From the IMG/VR virus record IMGVR_UViG_3300022818_000051, positions 1-64,000 of that record: a DNA stretch of 64,000 bases, one strand, 5' to 3'. Under the pieces are notes generated by a model, which was not told the DNA's origin, did no database searches, and was given only the letters and a program-made list of their open reading frames with translations. The stretch's first letter is position 1. Each line of letters opens with the position of its first letter. A program made the translations under genes and the position numbers. The DNA comes from a virus. Positions 1 through 9,154 of this stretch are shown here, one piece after another.

Positions 1-318
1 GGGACAAGGCAAATAAACCTTCTTAAAAATTTCCCTGTGCGCCTGACACATGAAGATGCGAAAGATATGCAGGATGGTGGCACGACATGGGGTCTCCGTA
101 TCTCCAAACTCCCTCCCAAAATGCCGCCAATTACCGCAACCACGGTTACTGTAACCCCCGTTGCGAAAACAAAGCCAAAGGTTCTTGATGCTGATATAGA
201 AAAAACAAAAACATATTTGCAAACCCACACTATGGCTGAATTGAAAGAGGTTGCGGATGTTTCGGAAGAAATGGAAAAAAAGTTGCTAACTGTAGATAAT
301 ACTAAAACAAATGGATAA
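1..318 (+). CDS. Partial (5' truncated) protein, possibly single-strand annealing/recombination partner of the downstream exonuclease
   Basis: Frame +1 open from base 1; lies just upstream of YqaJ-like exonuclease (context only). Confidence 0.4.
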   Translation, partial: GTRQINLLKNFPVRLTHEDAKDMQDGGTTWGLRISKLPPKMPPITATTVTVTPVAKTKPKVLDADIEKTKTYLQTHTMAELKEVADVSEEMEKKLLTVDNTKTNG

Positions 319-505
319 GACAATAAAAGAAATGCACGCAGATAAACTGGCAATGGAGCAGGTGATAGCAAGCGTTCTGGAATCTTTTTGTGTCAAATAT
401 AGTCTTGATGATATAGATATAACAGCAGAGCGGCACGTGTTGCTTTTTGAAGACGGGAGAGTTTTATCCTCTCGTTTTGACGTTAAAATTTTCGTAACCC
501 TCTGA
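311..505 (+). CDS. Hypothetical protein (64 aa)
   Basis: ORF tightly coupled to neighbours. Confidence 0.6.
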   Translation: MDKTIKEMHADKLAMEQVIASVLESFCVKYSLDDIDITAERHVLLFEDGRVLSSRFDVKIFVTL

Positions 506-509
506 CCGT

Positions 510-1307
510 ATGGAACAAAAAGAATACAACTGGCATCTTGCGAAATCAGGTCACTTCTCGGCAAGCAAGGCGGCAAACCTTATGTCGAAGTCAGGCAAGT
601 TCACCATGGGTAACATTGACTATCTCTATGAAATCCAGCAACAGCGTGTATCAGGTGAACCTGAGCCGCCTATCTATGCCAGACCCATGCAAATTGGCAT
701 AGAGAATGAACCGTACGGTGTAGCTTGGGTGCGGGAAAACACGCCATTTCGTGTGCTTCATGCCGATTGCGATTTCACGGATAAGATATTCGAGAAAACG
801 GACTATGGATTCGGAGCATCACCTGATGCGTTCATTATGCCTGCCGACTGCGAATTTGACAAGGACGAGAATGGGCAGTTGTACTACGACAGTCACGTGA
901 TAGACAACATTTTGGCGCTACTGGAGGTGAAATGCGTTGTCGGGCGCAAGGAATGCAACTGGTATTTTTCACCGACCGTACCATTTGCCAAAAAACGTGC
1001 TGTGGTATTTGAAGAGCATCGAGACCAAATGGCAGCACAGTTGCTCGTGTATCCAAATATAAGCAAAATTTACCTGCTGAAATACCGTCCGCAGATAGAT
1101 GATAATGAGTTTGATGTACTGCCAGTAACCGATGCGACAAGGGGAATGCTATTCTCCTTCGCAAGAAGCTCATTCGGGTCATACATCAATCAAATAAAGC
1201 GACGTGTAATGTTTGCGGATAATTACCTCAAGACTGGCAAAGACCCCGATAAAGTAAATGATTTTTACAGACCATTAAAAACCCTCACTAAAACTACGAA
1301 AAAATGA
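510..1307 (+). CDS. YqaJ/lambda-exonuclease-like viral recombinase nuclease
   Basis: Motifs WHLAKSGHFSAS, MQIGIENE, GASPDA, LEVKC, QMAAQL typical of YqaJ PD-(D/E)xK nucleases. Confidence 0.85.
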   Translation: MEQKEYNWHLAKSGHFSASKAANLMSKSGKFTMGNIDYLYEIQQQRVSGEPEPPIYARPMQIGIENEPYGVAWVRENTPFRVLHADCDFTDKIFEKTDYGFGASPDAFIMPADCEFDKDENGQLYYDSHVIDNILALLEVKCVVGRKECNWYFSPTVPFAKKRAVVFEEHRDQMAAQLLVYPNISKIYLLKYRPQIDDNEFDVLPVTDATRGMLFSFARSSFGSYINQIKRRVMFADNYLKTGKDPDKVNDFYRPLKTLTKTTKK

Positions 1308-1510
1308 TTATACATAATGATGCCCGTGACTATCCCCCTACAGATGACGATATGGAATGCCCAAACTGCGGGTATATAGGTGATGATTTTTTCCCACCAG
1401 CAGACAGTAGCAAATTTTACGAATGTCCTGCGTGTGGTGAATACTGCACCGAGCCTGATACGTCTGAACCGGATTGGGATGATATAAGAGATATGAGAAA
1501 TGAAAACTAA
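1304..1510 (+). CDS. Small zinc-ribbon protein
   Basis: CPNCG...CPACG. Confidence 0.65.
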   Translation: MIIHNDARDYPPTDDDMECPNCGYIGDDFFPPADSSKFYECPACGEYCTEPDTSEPDWDDIRDMRNEN

Positions 1511-1521
1511 TAAATAAAACT

Positions 1522-1812
1522 ATGACACGAGACGAATTTAAGGAAAAATATTTAGATAATGCGTTTTACTGGATTACAAAAGACAATTATATTAAATTGC
1601 AAACCATAATGCAAGAATTTGGTATCAAATGTCATACTGGTGAAGGCGTAATTGGTTGGCATGATGGGTTTAAAAACTTAGCAACATTTAAACCTGATAG
1701 ATTCCATGATCTTGAATATTATCAAAAAACTGACTGCTGGTTTCCGAATGCAAGCTATGGTGAACCAAAAGATTATGACTTAATGTTAAACGATTATGCG
1801 ACAATCCTATGA
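1522..1812 (+). CDS. Hypothetical protein
   Basis: 96-aa ORF in operon, ATGA overlap with next gene. Confidence 0.65.
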   Translation: MTRDEFKEKYLDNAFYWITKDNYIKLQTIMQEFGIKCHTGEGVIGWHDGFKNLATFKPDRFHDLEYYQKTDCWFPNASYGEPKDYDLMLNDYATIL

Positions 1813-2393
1813 CCCCTCCTGACTACCCCCTCCTCTCCTCCCTTCTCCGTATCTGCGAATACGCATACCGCAAGGGCGTGGCTGATGCTGCGTCCTGCGG
1901 GGATACGGAAGAGGTGCTGGCGGTCGCTGATAGGGAGGATTCGCATACTGCGTTGCGCTTTTTGCGAGACGAGGGCGGGCGTGTCCTGTCGTGGGAATAC
2001 TATCAGGACTGGATATGCCTTATCTGTGGGCGTATAGGTGCGGCACGACTGCGGACATTCATCGCACGAGAACCTTCACAAAAATCCATGAAGCGAAATA
2101 TATGCACCACAATTGATGCAGCTTATCGGCGTGGATTGCGTGAAGGGTGCAGCGTGGACAAAAATCGTGCCATGACTTTTATGGAAAATATCGGCGAAGG
2201 AAAGACGCATGAGCGGCTATCATCCAAGGGGCTCACTCAGGCGCAATTCGTGGATGAGGTGAAGGCTTCAGTGGGGCAAATACATAATTTGCGAAAGGAA
2301 GCGGGGAAAGCGTCTACGATGCCGGAACTTAGAAGGTTTATTGCACAGGCGTTATTGAGATATAAGATAGAAAAAGAGGATGCTCCAAATTGA
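1809..2393 (+). CDS. Hypothetical protein
   Basis: 194-aa ORF with internal repeat AYRKG/AYRRG. Confidence 0.7.
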   Translation: MTPPDYPLLSSLLRICEYAYRKGVADAASCGDTEEVLAVADREDSHTALRFLRDEGGRVLSWEYYQDWICLICGRIGAARLRTFIAREPSQKSMKRNICTTIDAAYRRGLREGCSVDKNRAMTFMENIGEGKTHERLSSKGLTQAQFVDEVKASVGQIHNLRKEAGKASTMPELRRFIAQALLRYKIEKEDAPN

Positions 2394-2697
2394 CCACCTC
2401 CCCTCCCTTCCTATCCTTCCCGCCATGCTTATCCCTTATGGCGATTATAAAAATGCGGCGATTGTGGAAGCGGGAATAGGGAGCGAGATACGGCTTATGG
2501 ATTCATCGGTCGTGCGGATTATCTACAAATGCGTGGTGATGACAAATTCGTCAGTTGCAGAAGCGTTGTCGCAAATGATATATGGATTACCAATAGTGAC
2601 GATATATGATGCTATGTCGAGGAATTGGAAAAGAGATATTTTTAAAGACAGAGTTTTGTTTATTGTTTATAAAAAGATAGAAGAAGATGGAAAATAA
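2380..2697 (+). CDS. Hypothetical protein (apparent paralog of 3481..3840)
   Basis: Shares S..AEALSQ.IY pattern with 3481..3840. Confidence 0.65.
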   Translation: MLQIDHLPSLPILPAMLIPYGDYKNAAIVEAGIGSEIRLMDSSVVRIIYKCVVMTNSSVAEALSQMIYGLPIVTIYDAMSRNWKRDIFKDRVLFIVYKKIEEDGK

Positions 2698-3484
2698 TAA
2701 GATATATTACGAGAACTGCTTGGAAACTATGGCAAGGATGCCAGATAACTTTATTCCTTTGACTATAACTTCACCACCTTATGATGGATTAAGAAAATAT
2801 AACGGATATTCTTTTGATTTTGAACCGATAGCGAAAGAGTTATTTCGTGTTACAAAACAAGGAGGAGTTGTCGTTTGGGTTGTAGGTGATAGTACTAAGA
2901 ATGGCAACGAAAGCAGCACAAGCTTTAAGCAGGCGTTATATTTTAAAGAGTGCGGGTTTAATTTATTTGACACGATGATATACGCCAAGCCTCCAAGAGG
3001 TGCCGTTGGGAGTAAGGAAACTTATTGGCAAAATTTTGAGTATATGTTTATTTTATGTAAGGGAAAGCCAAAAACAATAAACCTTATTTGCGATAGAAAA
3101 AATAAAGAAAGTAGAGAAGGCGATTATGGTACGAAAAGACTTAAAAATGGTGAGTTATTAAGAGCGAAACGTGGTGGATATTCGGAATATGGAAGACGAA
3201 CAAACATTTGGGAATATGGTATCGGTAAAGGGCAAAGCACAAAAGACAATATTGCATTTAAACATCCCGCAATTTTCCCAGAGAAATTGGCAAACGATCA
3301 TATTATAAGTTGGAGCAACGAAGGTGATTTAATTTATGACCCATTTATGGGTTCAGGAACTACGGCAAAAATGGCATTACTGAATAGAAGAAATTTTATC
3401 GGAAGCGAAATAAGCCAAGAATATATAGATTTGGCTAATAAAAGAATTAACAACACATTCATAACCCAAACCCTTTTCCCATGA
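2687..3484 (+). CDS. Site-specific DNA methyltransferase (N4-C/N6-A, beta class)
   Basis: Catalytic TSPPY near N-terminus, HPAIFP, SAM-binding DPFMGSGTT near C-terminus. Confidence 0.93.
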   Translation: MENNKIYYENCLETMARMPDNFIPLTITSPPYDGLRKYNGYSFDFEPIAKELFRVTKQGGVVVWVVGDSTKNGNESSTSFKQALYFKECGFNLFDTMIYAKPPRGAVGSKETYWQNFEYMFILCKGKPKTINLICDRKNKESREGDYGTKRLKNGELLRAKRGGYSEYGRRTNIWEYGIGKGQSTKDNIAFKHPAIFPEKLANDHIISWSNEGDLIYDPFMGSGTTAKMALLNRRNFIGSEISQEYIDLANKRINNTFITQTLFP

Positions 3485-3840
3485 TTTATAAAATCTCCCA
3501 CACCTTCGCCCCCGAAATATTCGTTCCGTGGTGCAGCGTTGCCCGTTCCCCAGATTTTACTCGCTCGCAAGACGGTCAACCAGTAACAATGTCGGACGGC
3601 AAGCAAGCTGAAGTCGTATCTGTTCGGGAAGTGCATATACTGTCAGAAGAGGCGCAAGCTATCAGTCAGCGGCTATATTCGTTATCGGCGATTGCGTTGT
3701 TGCTGGAATGGTACAAGAGAAATGCATGCATGACTGATTTATTTTTTGTGAATATAAGATTAAAAAAATATGAAACAAAACTTGACGCTACGACCATATC
3801 AGCAGAGGTCGATACAAGCGGCACGGGAGAGCCTGATTAA
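3481..3840 (+). CDS. Hypothetical protein (apparent paralog of 2380..2697)
   Basis: SEEAQAISQRLY motif; ATGA overlap. Confidence 0.6.
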   Translation: MIYKISHTFAPEIFVPWCSVARSPDFTRSQDGQPVTMSDGKQAEVVSVREVHILSEEAQAISQRLYSLSAIALLLEWYKRNACMTDLFFVNIRLKKYETKLDATTISAEVDTSGTGEPD

Positions 3841-5335
3841 GAATCCACATACGATACTGTATTCGCCTTGTGGGTCAGGAAAATCGGTGGAATGTGCGTT
3901 CATGGCAGAAAATGCTGCGGAACGTGGCTATAAGACCCTTATACTTTCGCATCGTGCAAAAATCCTACGTCAGAACTTCTCTAAAATGGAAATGCTGGGA
4001 TTGCAAGTCCAGCAGATAACAGCCATAACAAAATACATCCATCCTTCGCAAATTTATATCGGGATGGCGCAAACCATAGATTCACGCTGTAAAAGCAAAC
4101 AGGAGTGGATTGAATGGATGCGCTCCATTGATTTCGTAATTGCGGATGAGTGTCAGAGGGCTGAGATTGGAAACATATTCAAGTACTTACGTGAAGATTG
4201 CTGGGTCGTTGGGCTTACCGCTACACCTATCAGGCATGGCACACAGCGGCAACTTGGCGATGAGTATTCCGATATTTCAGCAGCCGTAACTACTGAAGAG
4301 CTTATAACGTTAGGGCATATAGTACGGGCGGAATATTACAAATTTCAAGCACCGTTACTTACTTCCTGCACCATTGACCGTGATTCTGGTGACTATAATC
4401 AAAAACAGTTGCACAGTATTTTTGCCAAACCAGAAAGGTATGCGGGGATTATAGACAACTATCGACGCATATGTTGCGGCGAAAAGACACTATGCTTTAC
4501 GACAGGCGCAAGGCACTGTATAGATTTATGTAAAGAATTTTGTGCTGCGGGATTTCGGGCGAAATATTATATTTCCAGCAGAGATAAGGAAACATATGCT
4601 AATTATTCGGGAACGCAGGAATCGCTGGTGAAGCAACTGGAAAAAGGAGATATAGACATATTGCTGTCTATCACGTCATTAGATGTTGGAACTGATATTC
4701 CATCCCTTCAGGCGATATTGCTTGACTTCTCTACAAAATCATATACACGCTATCTTCAGGCTGCGGCAAGAGGGGACAGGCCATATCCGGGTAAGCTGTC
4801 CTACAAGATTCTTGACTTTGGTGGGAATCACACGGAATTTGGGGCGATTGAAGGAGATGCGCCTATGGCATTATGGCATAAGATTGGAGGGAACGGCGTG
4901 ATGCCGACAAAACTATGTCCGCCAGATAAGACTGACTGCAACGGGCGCACGGGATGTAACAGACTTGTACCTGTATCAACCATTGATTGTCCATTTAAGG
5001 GATGTGGATTTCACTTCCAAACCCATAGTGAGGTTTACGAAGTTACTCTTACAAAGGTAGTTGAGGCGGAATTGGGGGATTATGAATCATTGGAAGGATA
5101 TGTGGCGAGAATGAAACTTGAACACAAAGACAATAATTATATCCTTATAAATATCTGTATTAAAAATGCTGCCAACCCAAAAAAGGCATTTATGGAAGCG
5201 ATAAAATTAATGCAGAAAAAAGATGGGACATATATCTCGCCGCAATACTGGCATTTTTTTAGCCGTAACTTATTGAAAGATAAGGCGCAAAAGCAATTAG
5301 CAAAAGAGAAGGCGGCGATAAATAATCCTATTTGA
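3770..5335 (+). CDS. Superfamily II DEAD/DEAH-type helicase with C-terminal Cys cluster
   Basis: LRPYQ, SPCGSGKS, IADEC, GLTATP, GTDIPSL, QAAARGDR. Confidence 0.92.
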   Translation: MKQNLTLRPYQQRSIQAARESLIKNPHTILYSPCGSGKSVECAFMAENAAERGYKTLILSHRAKILRQNFSKMEMLGLQVQQITAITKYIHPSQIYIGMAQTIDSRCKSKQEWIEWMRSIDFVIADECQRAEIGNIFKYLREDCWVVGLTATPIRHGTQRQLGDEYSDISAAVTTEELITLGHIVRAEYYKFQAPLLTSCTIDRDSGDYNQKQLHSIFAKPERYAGIIDNYRRICCGEKTLCFTTGARHCIDLCKEFCAAGFRAKYYISSRDKETYANYSGTQESLVKQLEKGDIDILLSITSLDVGTDIPSLQAILLDFSTKSYTRYLQAAARGDRPYPGKLSYKILDFGGNHTEFGAIEGDAPMALWHKIGGNGVMPTKLCPPDKTDCNGRTGCNRLVPVSTIDCPFKGCGFHFQTHSEVYEVTLTKVVEAELGDYESLEGYVARMKLEHKDNNYILINICIKNAANPKKAFMEAIKLMQKKDGTYISPQYWHFFSRNLLKDKAQKQLAKEKAAINNPI

Positions 5336-5355
5336 TTTGATTTGATTTGATTTGA
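5331..5355. repeat. (TTTGA)5 microsatellite
   Basis: tttgatttgatttgatttgatttga overlapping helicase stop codon. Confidence 0.9.
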
Positions 5356-5502
5356 TCCGATTCTGCGCCAATCGCCTTAGTGAAAATGCGCCAAACGCCT
5401 TAATTCTGCACATTATCGCCACCCATGATAATATGCAGAATTTTCACGAATATCGACTACTTTTACTCCAACTCTGTCGCAAGTATAGCAAATATTGGAG
5501 TC

Positions 5503-5526
5503 AAAAAAGCCTCCGTGAAGAGGCTT
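5503..5526 (-). terminator. Intrinsic terminator between convergent operons
   Basis: AAGCCTC-N6-GAGGCTT stem with T-tract on minus strand just after the SSB gene. Confidence 0.7.
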
Positions 5527-5551
5527 AAATGATTGTATATCAGAGTGGATA

Positions 5552-5932
5552 TCAAAAAGGCAAAGGCGAGCCCCCCTCGGCGAGTTCTGTTCCTGTTATC
5601 GGTGCTGCTGCGAGCGGGTCTACTACTGCCTGCTGCGGTGCTGCTCCACTACCATCACCTCTTACATCCAGACTCCATTTCCATAGGTTATTCTGTCCGT
5701 ACCATTTACCATCGTGCTCATTGGCACGGGTATTATAGTTTACGGTTATAATGTCACCTATGGTTGGGGCTGTCACCTGCTCGCCGAAATAATCCACCAG
5801 CAAACTTTGCGGATATTGCCCCATCACTTCCTTTACCGCAATCGCCCACGCCTTGAAGGCAGTGCCATCGCTTTTCTTTGTTCCTGCCTTGTCAATTACT
5901 GCCAAGACTTCGCCTGTAAATTTTAAATCCAT
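5552..5932 (-). CDS. DUF3127-like single-stranded DNA-binding protein
   Basis: G+V..GT.K.DG, QYPQSL, GD.I.V.YN..A.E.DGKWY, acidic tail ending LPF. Confidence 0.8.
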   Translation of the reverse strand: MDLKFTGEVLAVIDKAGTKKSDGTAFKAWAIAVKEVMGQYPQSLLVDYFGEQVTAPTIGDIITVNYNTRANEHDGKWYGQNNLWKWSLDVRGDGSGAAPQQAVVDPLAAAPITGTELAEGGSPLPF

Positions 5933-6083
5933 TTTGTTTAATTGTTATTTTACTGTCTACTTGGGCTCGGCTTCGACTTTCCGCTTATTTTAATGCGATT
6001 TAAGACGTTATTTTTATTTTACTTACTGGGTATCGGTTTTAGAGAGATAATTTAACCTGCGCCACGAAAAGCGGGCTGGCGTG

Positions 6084-6755
6084 TCATGATCTTGTTGTAT
6101 CTTTTACGGTTCTTCCGCCACCAATATGTTTGATGTAACCGGTTTTTGTGATGGCGGCGATGAAACCATATTTATCATAATAAAGTCTGGCGAGGTCAAT
6201 TTCATGACCCACAGCGGAATAGCCACCATCGCCTACCAATTTATAATCTGCGGTTTTGCGTAGGCCGCTGTTTAGAGAAAAGCCACTCCAGCCGTTCGCG
6301 CAGCCGTATTCAAGGAGGTCGTATTTATCGGAAAAAGCAACGACTTTATGACCATTCAAATCGTTTTGCTCACGTAAATGCACTTGCATAATCTTCGGGT
6401 CGGATTCTAATATCTCTATGCTTTTTTCAATAAAGGAATGGCGGAATAGTTCAAAATCATCCTCCATATGGAATATATAGGGTGTGGCAACCTGTTTATA
6501 CATTCGGTCTATGGATTTCATCTGTCCGACTTTTCCAAACATAACCCGCAAATTCATCTCTTCTGGCGCATACTTTCGAAATATTTTAACGATTTTATTC
6601 ATGATTTCGCCATCGAAATCGGTATCCTCACTGATTATGAACTCCGAAATAGCGGAATATGTGTTAAATTTAAAGAAGCTCTCCAACGTTCTTTCAAGCA
6701 GGTCAAATCTTCCGGCGGATGTAAGACAACAAGTTATTTCTGGGTGTTTGTACAT
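6084..6755 (-). CDS. Glycosyltransferase (GT-A fold, family 2-like)
   Basis: LTSAGRFDLLERTLESF, YIFHMEDDF, HIGGGRT. Confidence 0.8.
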   Translation of the reverse strand: MYKHPEITCCLTSAGRFDLLERTLESFFKFNTYSAISEFIISEDTDFDGEIMNKIVKIFRKYAPEEMNLRVMFGKVGQMKSIDRMYKQVATPYIFHMEDDFELFRHSFIEKSIEILESDPKIMQVHLREQNDLNGHKVVAFSDKYDLLEYGCANGWSGFSLNSGLRKTADYKLVGDGGYSAVGHEIDLARLYYDKYGFIAAITKTGYIKHIGGGRTVKDTTRS

Positions 6756-7612
6756 AAAATATTAATATTAAGATGTTTTGTATATTGATTGTTGCGTACT
6801 TGTTTATAGGTAGTAATTTTTCTTGCACTTTCGGTTGTAGCCCGGACAGGGTTCCACCCCCTCTTAATCCTACGATGTATAACGCTATTGCTAACACCCG
6901 TTATGGCTGACCATTGGTTAGTAGTTTTGGTTATACCATTAATGGTTACGTGTACAGTGTTTGATTTATTACTATTCTGTTCTTTATATGTTGCCCACCT
7001 GCAATTGTCTGGCGAGTAGCCTCCGTCGTTATTTATTCTATCAATAGTATGTTTTGGTGTTGGTTTTGCACCCATGTCTTTATAAAATTGTTCAAAAGAA
7101 TGTCTCCATTCGTCACAGACGGTAATGCCTCTTCCTATATACCTATTAGAGCAAGGTAGGTTGGTGGACGTCGTGCGAGCTATTATGTTTTTCCATATAT
7201 TATATTCAGTAGTCCCTGTCGCTCCGTGCTTTAAAAGTCTTTTAGAACACAAATCACGCCGGATACAACCGCATGACTTCGTGTGGCCTGCAACAAGATA
7301 GCTTTTCATTACCACCACCTCGTTACCGCAATCACAGAGGCATTTCCAGAAAGAAAAAGCACCTTTTTTATACGCTAACGATATAGCTGTCAGCTTGCCA
7401 TATTTTAACCCTGTTATATCAATAGTTTTCTTCTTATAGGCACAACCACTACAAGATATTTGTTTTTTTAGACTCCCACGTATAATAGCGAATTCCTTCC
7501 CGCACAATAGACATCTACACAGGTAATGCCCGCAACCATTTTCTCTACCAAGATATTTGATAACTAATAAATTCTGGAAAGTCTGTCCAGATAAATCTTT
7601 AAATTTAGGCAT
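6734..7612 (-). CDS. Free-standing HNH homing endonuclease
   Basis: Repeated CxCxCG..SCGC modules, Y.GRGITVCDEW, TIDRINNDGGYSPDNCRWAT. Confidence 0.85.
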   Translation of the reverse strand: MPKFKDLSGQTFQNLLVIKYLGRENGCGHYLCRCLLCGKEFAIIRGSLKKQISCSGCAYKKKTIDITGLKYGKLTAISLAYKKGAFSFWKCLCDCGNEVVVMKSYLVAGHTKSCGCIRRDLCSKRLLKHGATGTTEYNIWKNIIARTTSTNLPCSNRYIGRGITVCDEWRHSFEQFYKDMGAKPTPKHTIDRINNDGGYSPDNCRWATYKEQNSNKSNTVHVTINGITKTTNQWSAITGVSNSVIHRRIKRGWNPVRATTESARKITTYKQVRNNQYTKHLNINILCTNTQK

Positions 7613-7733
7613 AATTCTTGAATAAAAATAGGGGCTTAACGTTCAACTCGGCCTCATACTCCGAATCTAATAATCAAGTCCCTTTATAATTTTCTCCACC
7701 AAGTATGAGTTGGCTATTAATGGCATAAAGATA
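7613..7733 (-). promoter_or_regulatory. Promoter (-7 box TATCTTTA) plus structured 5' leader with two hairpins with complementary loops
   Basis: CTCATACT loop vs AGTATGAG loop; AGGGACTTGA/TTAAGCCCCT stem followed by ATTTTTATT. Confidence 0.65.
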
Positions 7734-7738
7734 CACAA

Positions 7739-8356
7739 TTATTTTGACTCTACCAAACTTTTATCTAATTGATTTTTATAATCGTAAAATACTCCTTGCT
7801 TATTTGCAAAATCACGGTAGCGACAAATAAGGCATTCATCTTCGCACTCTTTTTCACAAAATAATTTGTATCGACAATTCGAGCATAATTCAGGCAAGAA
7901 CCTAAGCGGTGGACTTGCTGCATTCTTAACATCCATATCCCGCAACAATTTAGCAAGCACTACTTTGACCAAATCTGCATAATTTTCATCATTCTTATCG
8001 CGCGCTATACCCCTCAAGTCTTTTACCACTTCGGGAATTAGTTCGGCCAGCATCTCTTCGTTTGATTTATGCTTTTCCGGACTTTGGTCGCCTTCTACTC
8101 CGTCATTTGGGAAATAGTAATCTTCCAGTTGCTTTCTTCTGGCGAGAAGATACTCCTTTGCATCGGCACTGGTCGCCACTGCGCTTGACCGTGTGGCATA
8201 TTGTGCGTCCGTTAAATTCCCACCGTATACGAGCCTATATATCTCGGAATTTTTCATATTCAACAGAAGGGTGAGGTCAAGAAAAAAATATTCCTTCGAG
8301 GTTAGGCTCCAAATATCATCCCTTTTTTCAGGTGGTAGTTTTAGTGATTTCATCAT
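7739..8356 (-). CDS. Hypothetical protein, possible terminase small subunit, Cys-rich C-terminus
   Basis: N-terminal pattern (Y..VY...A..SS......KEYL..R) loosely like TerS; inference only. Confidence 0.35.
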   Translation of the reverse strand: MMKSLKLPPEKRDDIWSLTSKEYFFLDLTLLLNMKNSEIYRLVYGGNLTDAQYATRSSAVATSADAKEYLLARRKQLEDYYFPNDGVEGDQSPEKHKSNEEMLAELIPEVVKDLRGIARDKNDENYADLVKVVLAKLLRDMDVKNAASPPLRFLPELCSNCRYKLFCEKECEDECLICRYRDFANKQGVFYDYKNQLDKSLVESK

Positions 8357-8640
8357 TCTGTTATTATTTCTTTATTAAACCATACCGCAACCTTATGTTC
8401 CCATCTGCACCCTTTACTACCCCACCAGCCTGCACCGAAATATACCGTGCCGCATGTCAGCAGCAATATTGTATCCAAGACAATATGGCACAGGTACGGC
8501 GCACGTGTTGGCAGTCCGGATTCGTAGGGCAGAATGGGTTTATATCCAGCACCATATAATTCAAAAGCCAAGACTTTGCCACGATTTTTATAGTCGGTAG
8601 TACCTGAAATCGGTAGGGATACGTAGACTCGGTTATTCAT
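8353..8640 (-). CDS. DUF4406-like protein
   Basis: VYVSLPISG, GW.GSKGCRWE..A. Confidence 0.75.
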   Translation of the reverse strand: MNNRVYVSLPISGTTDYKNRGKVLAFELYGAGYKPILPYESGLPTRAPYLCHIVLDTILLLTCGTVYFGAGWWGSKGCRWEHKVAVWFNKEIITE

Positions 8641-8657
8641 ATATGCAAAGATAATAA

Positions 8658-8912
8658 TTATTTTTGACTTTCTATGTTAATTATTGTTAATTCTTCCGCG
8701 TCTGTTATTTCATACCCTTTCAGTCTTGCCATCACTACCTCATCCCTTGTCCGCCCCACCTGCTCGTTTACCTGCCTACAGTATTCCGCCGCATAACCAA
8801 CACTTGCGAATACAGGTTGGGCGTATGGCTGTCCGTGACCTATCGGCGTTTCACGGCACAGGCGGTAGAGATTGTCGGGGCAGCGGATAGGGGATAAGAT
8901 GGTCGGTTTCAA
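8658..8912 (-). CDS. Hypothetical protein
   Basis: ORF in leftward operon. Confidence 0.55.
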   Translation of the reverse strand: MKPTILSPIRCPDNLYRLCRETPIGHGQPYAQPVFASVGYAAEYCRQVNEQVGRTRDEVVMARLKGYEITDAEELTIINIESQK

Positions 8913-9142
8913 TTTGTTGTCTTATTGTCGCATTTGGATAATAGTTTTTCAACCCTATCAAGGATGTTTCCCGCTAATGGCGCATTATACCGCAAATGAT
9001 CGTGTAAATGACCACCCCGCAAATCAAATAGCAAGTCTGCGCAGAACCTTTCGTAATCACATACTTCTCTTTGTAGTTCTAAAATAATCTGTAAATCCGA
9101 TGGGGTGCAACCCATACACGGTTCTAATTCTTCGTCTTTCAT
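8909..9142 (-). CDS. Hypothetical protein
   Basis: ORF in leftward operon, 4-nt overlap. Confidence 0.55.
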   Translation of the reverse strand: MKDEELEPCMGCTPSDLQIILELQREVCDYERFCADLLFDLRGGHLHDHLRYNAPLAGNILDRVEKLLSKCDNKTTN

Positions 9143-9154
9143 AGTTTTTAGTTA

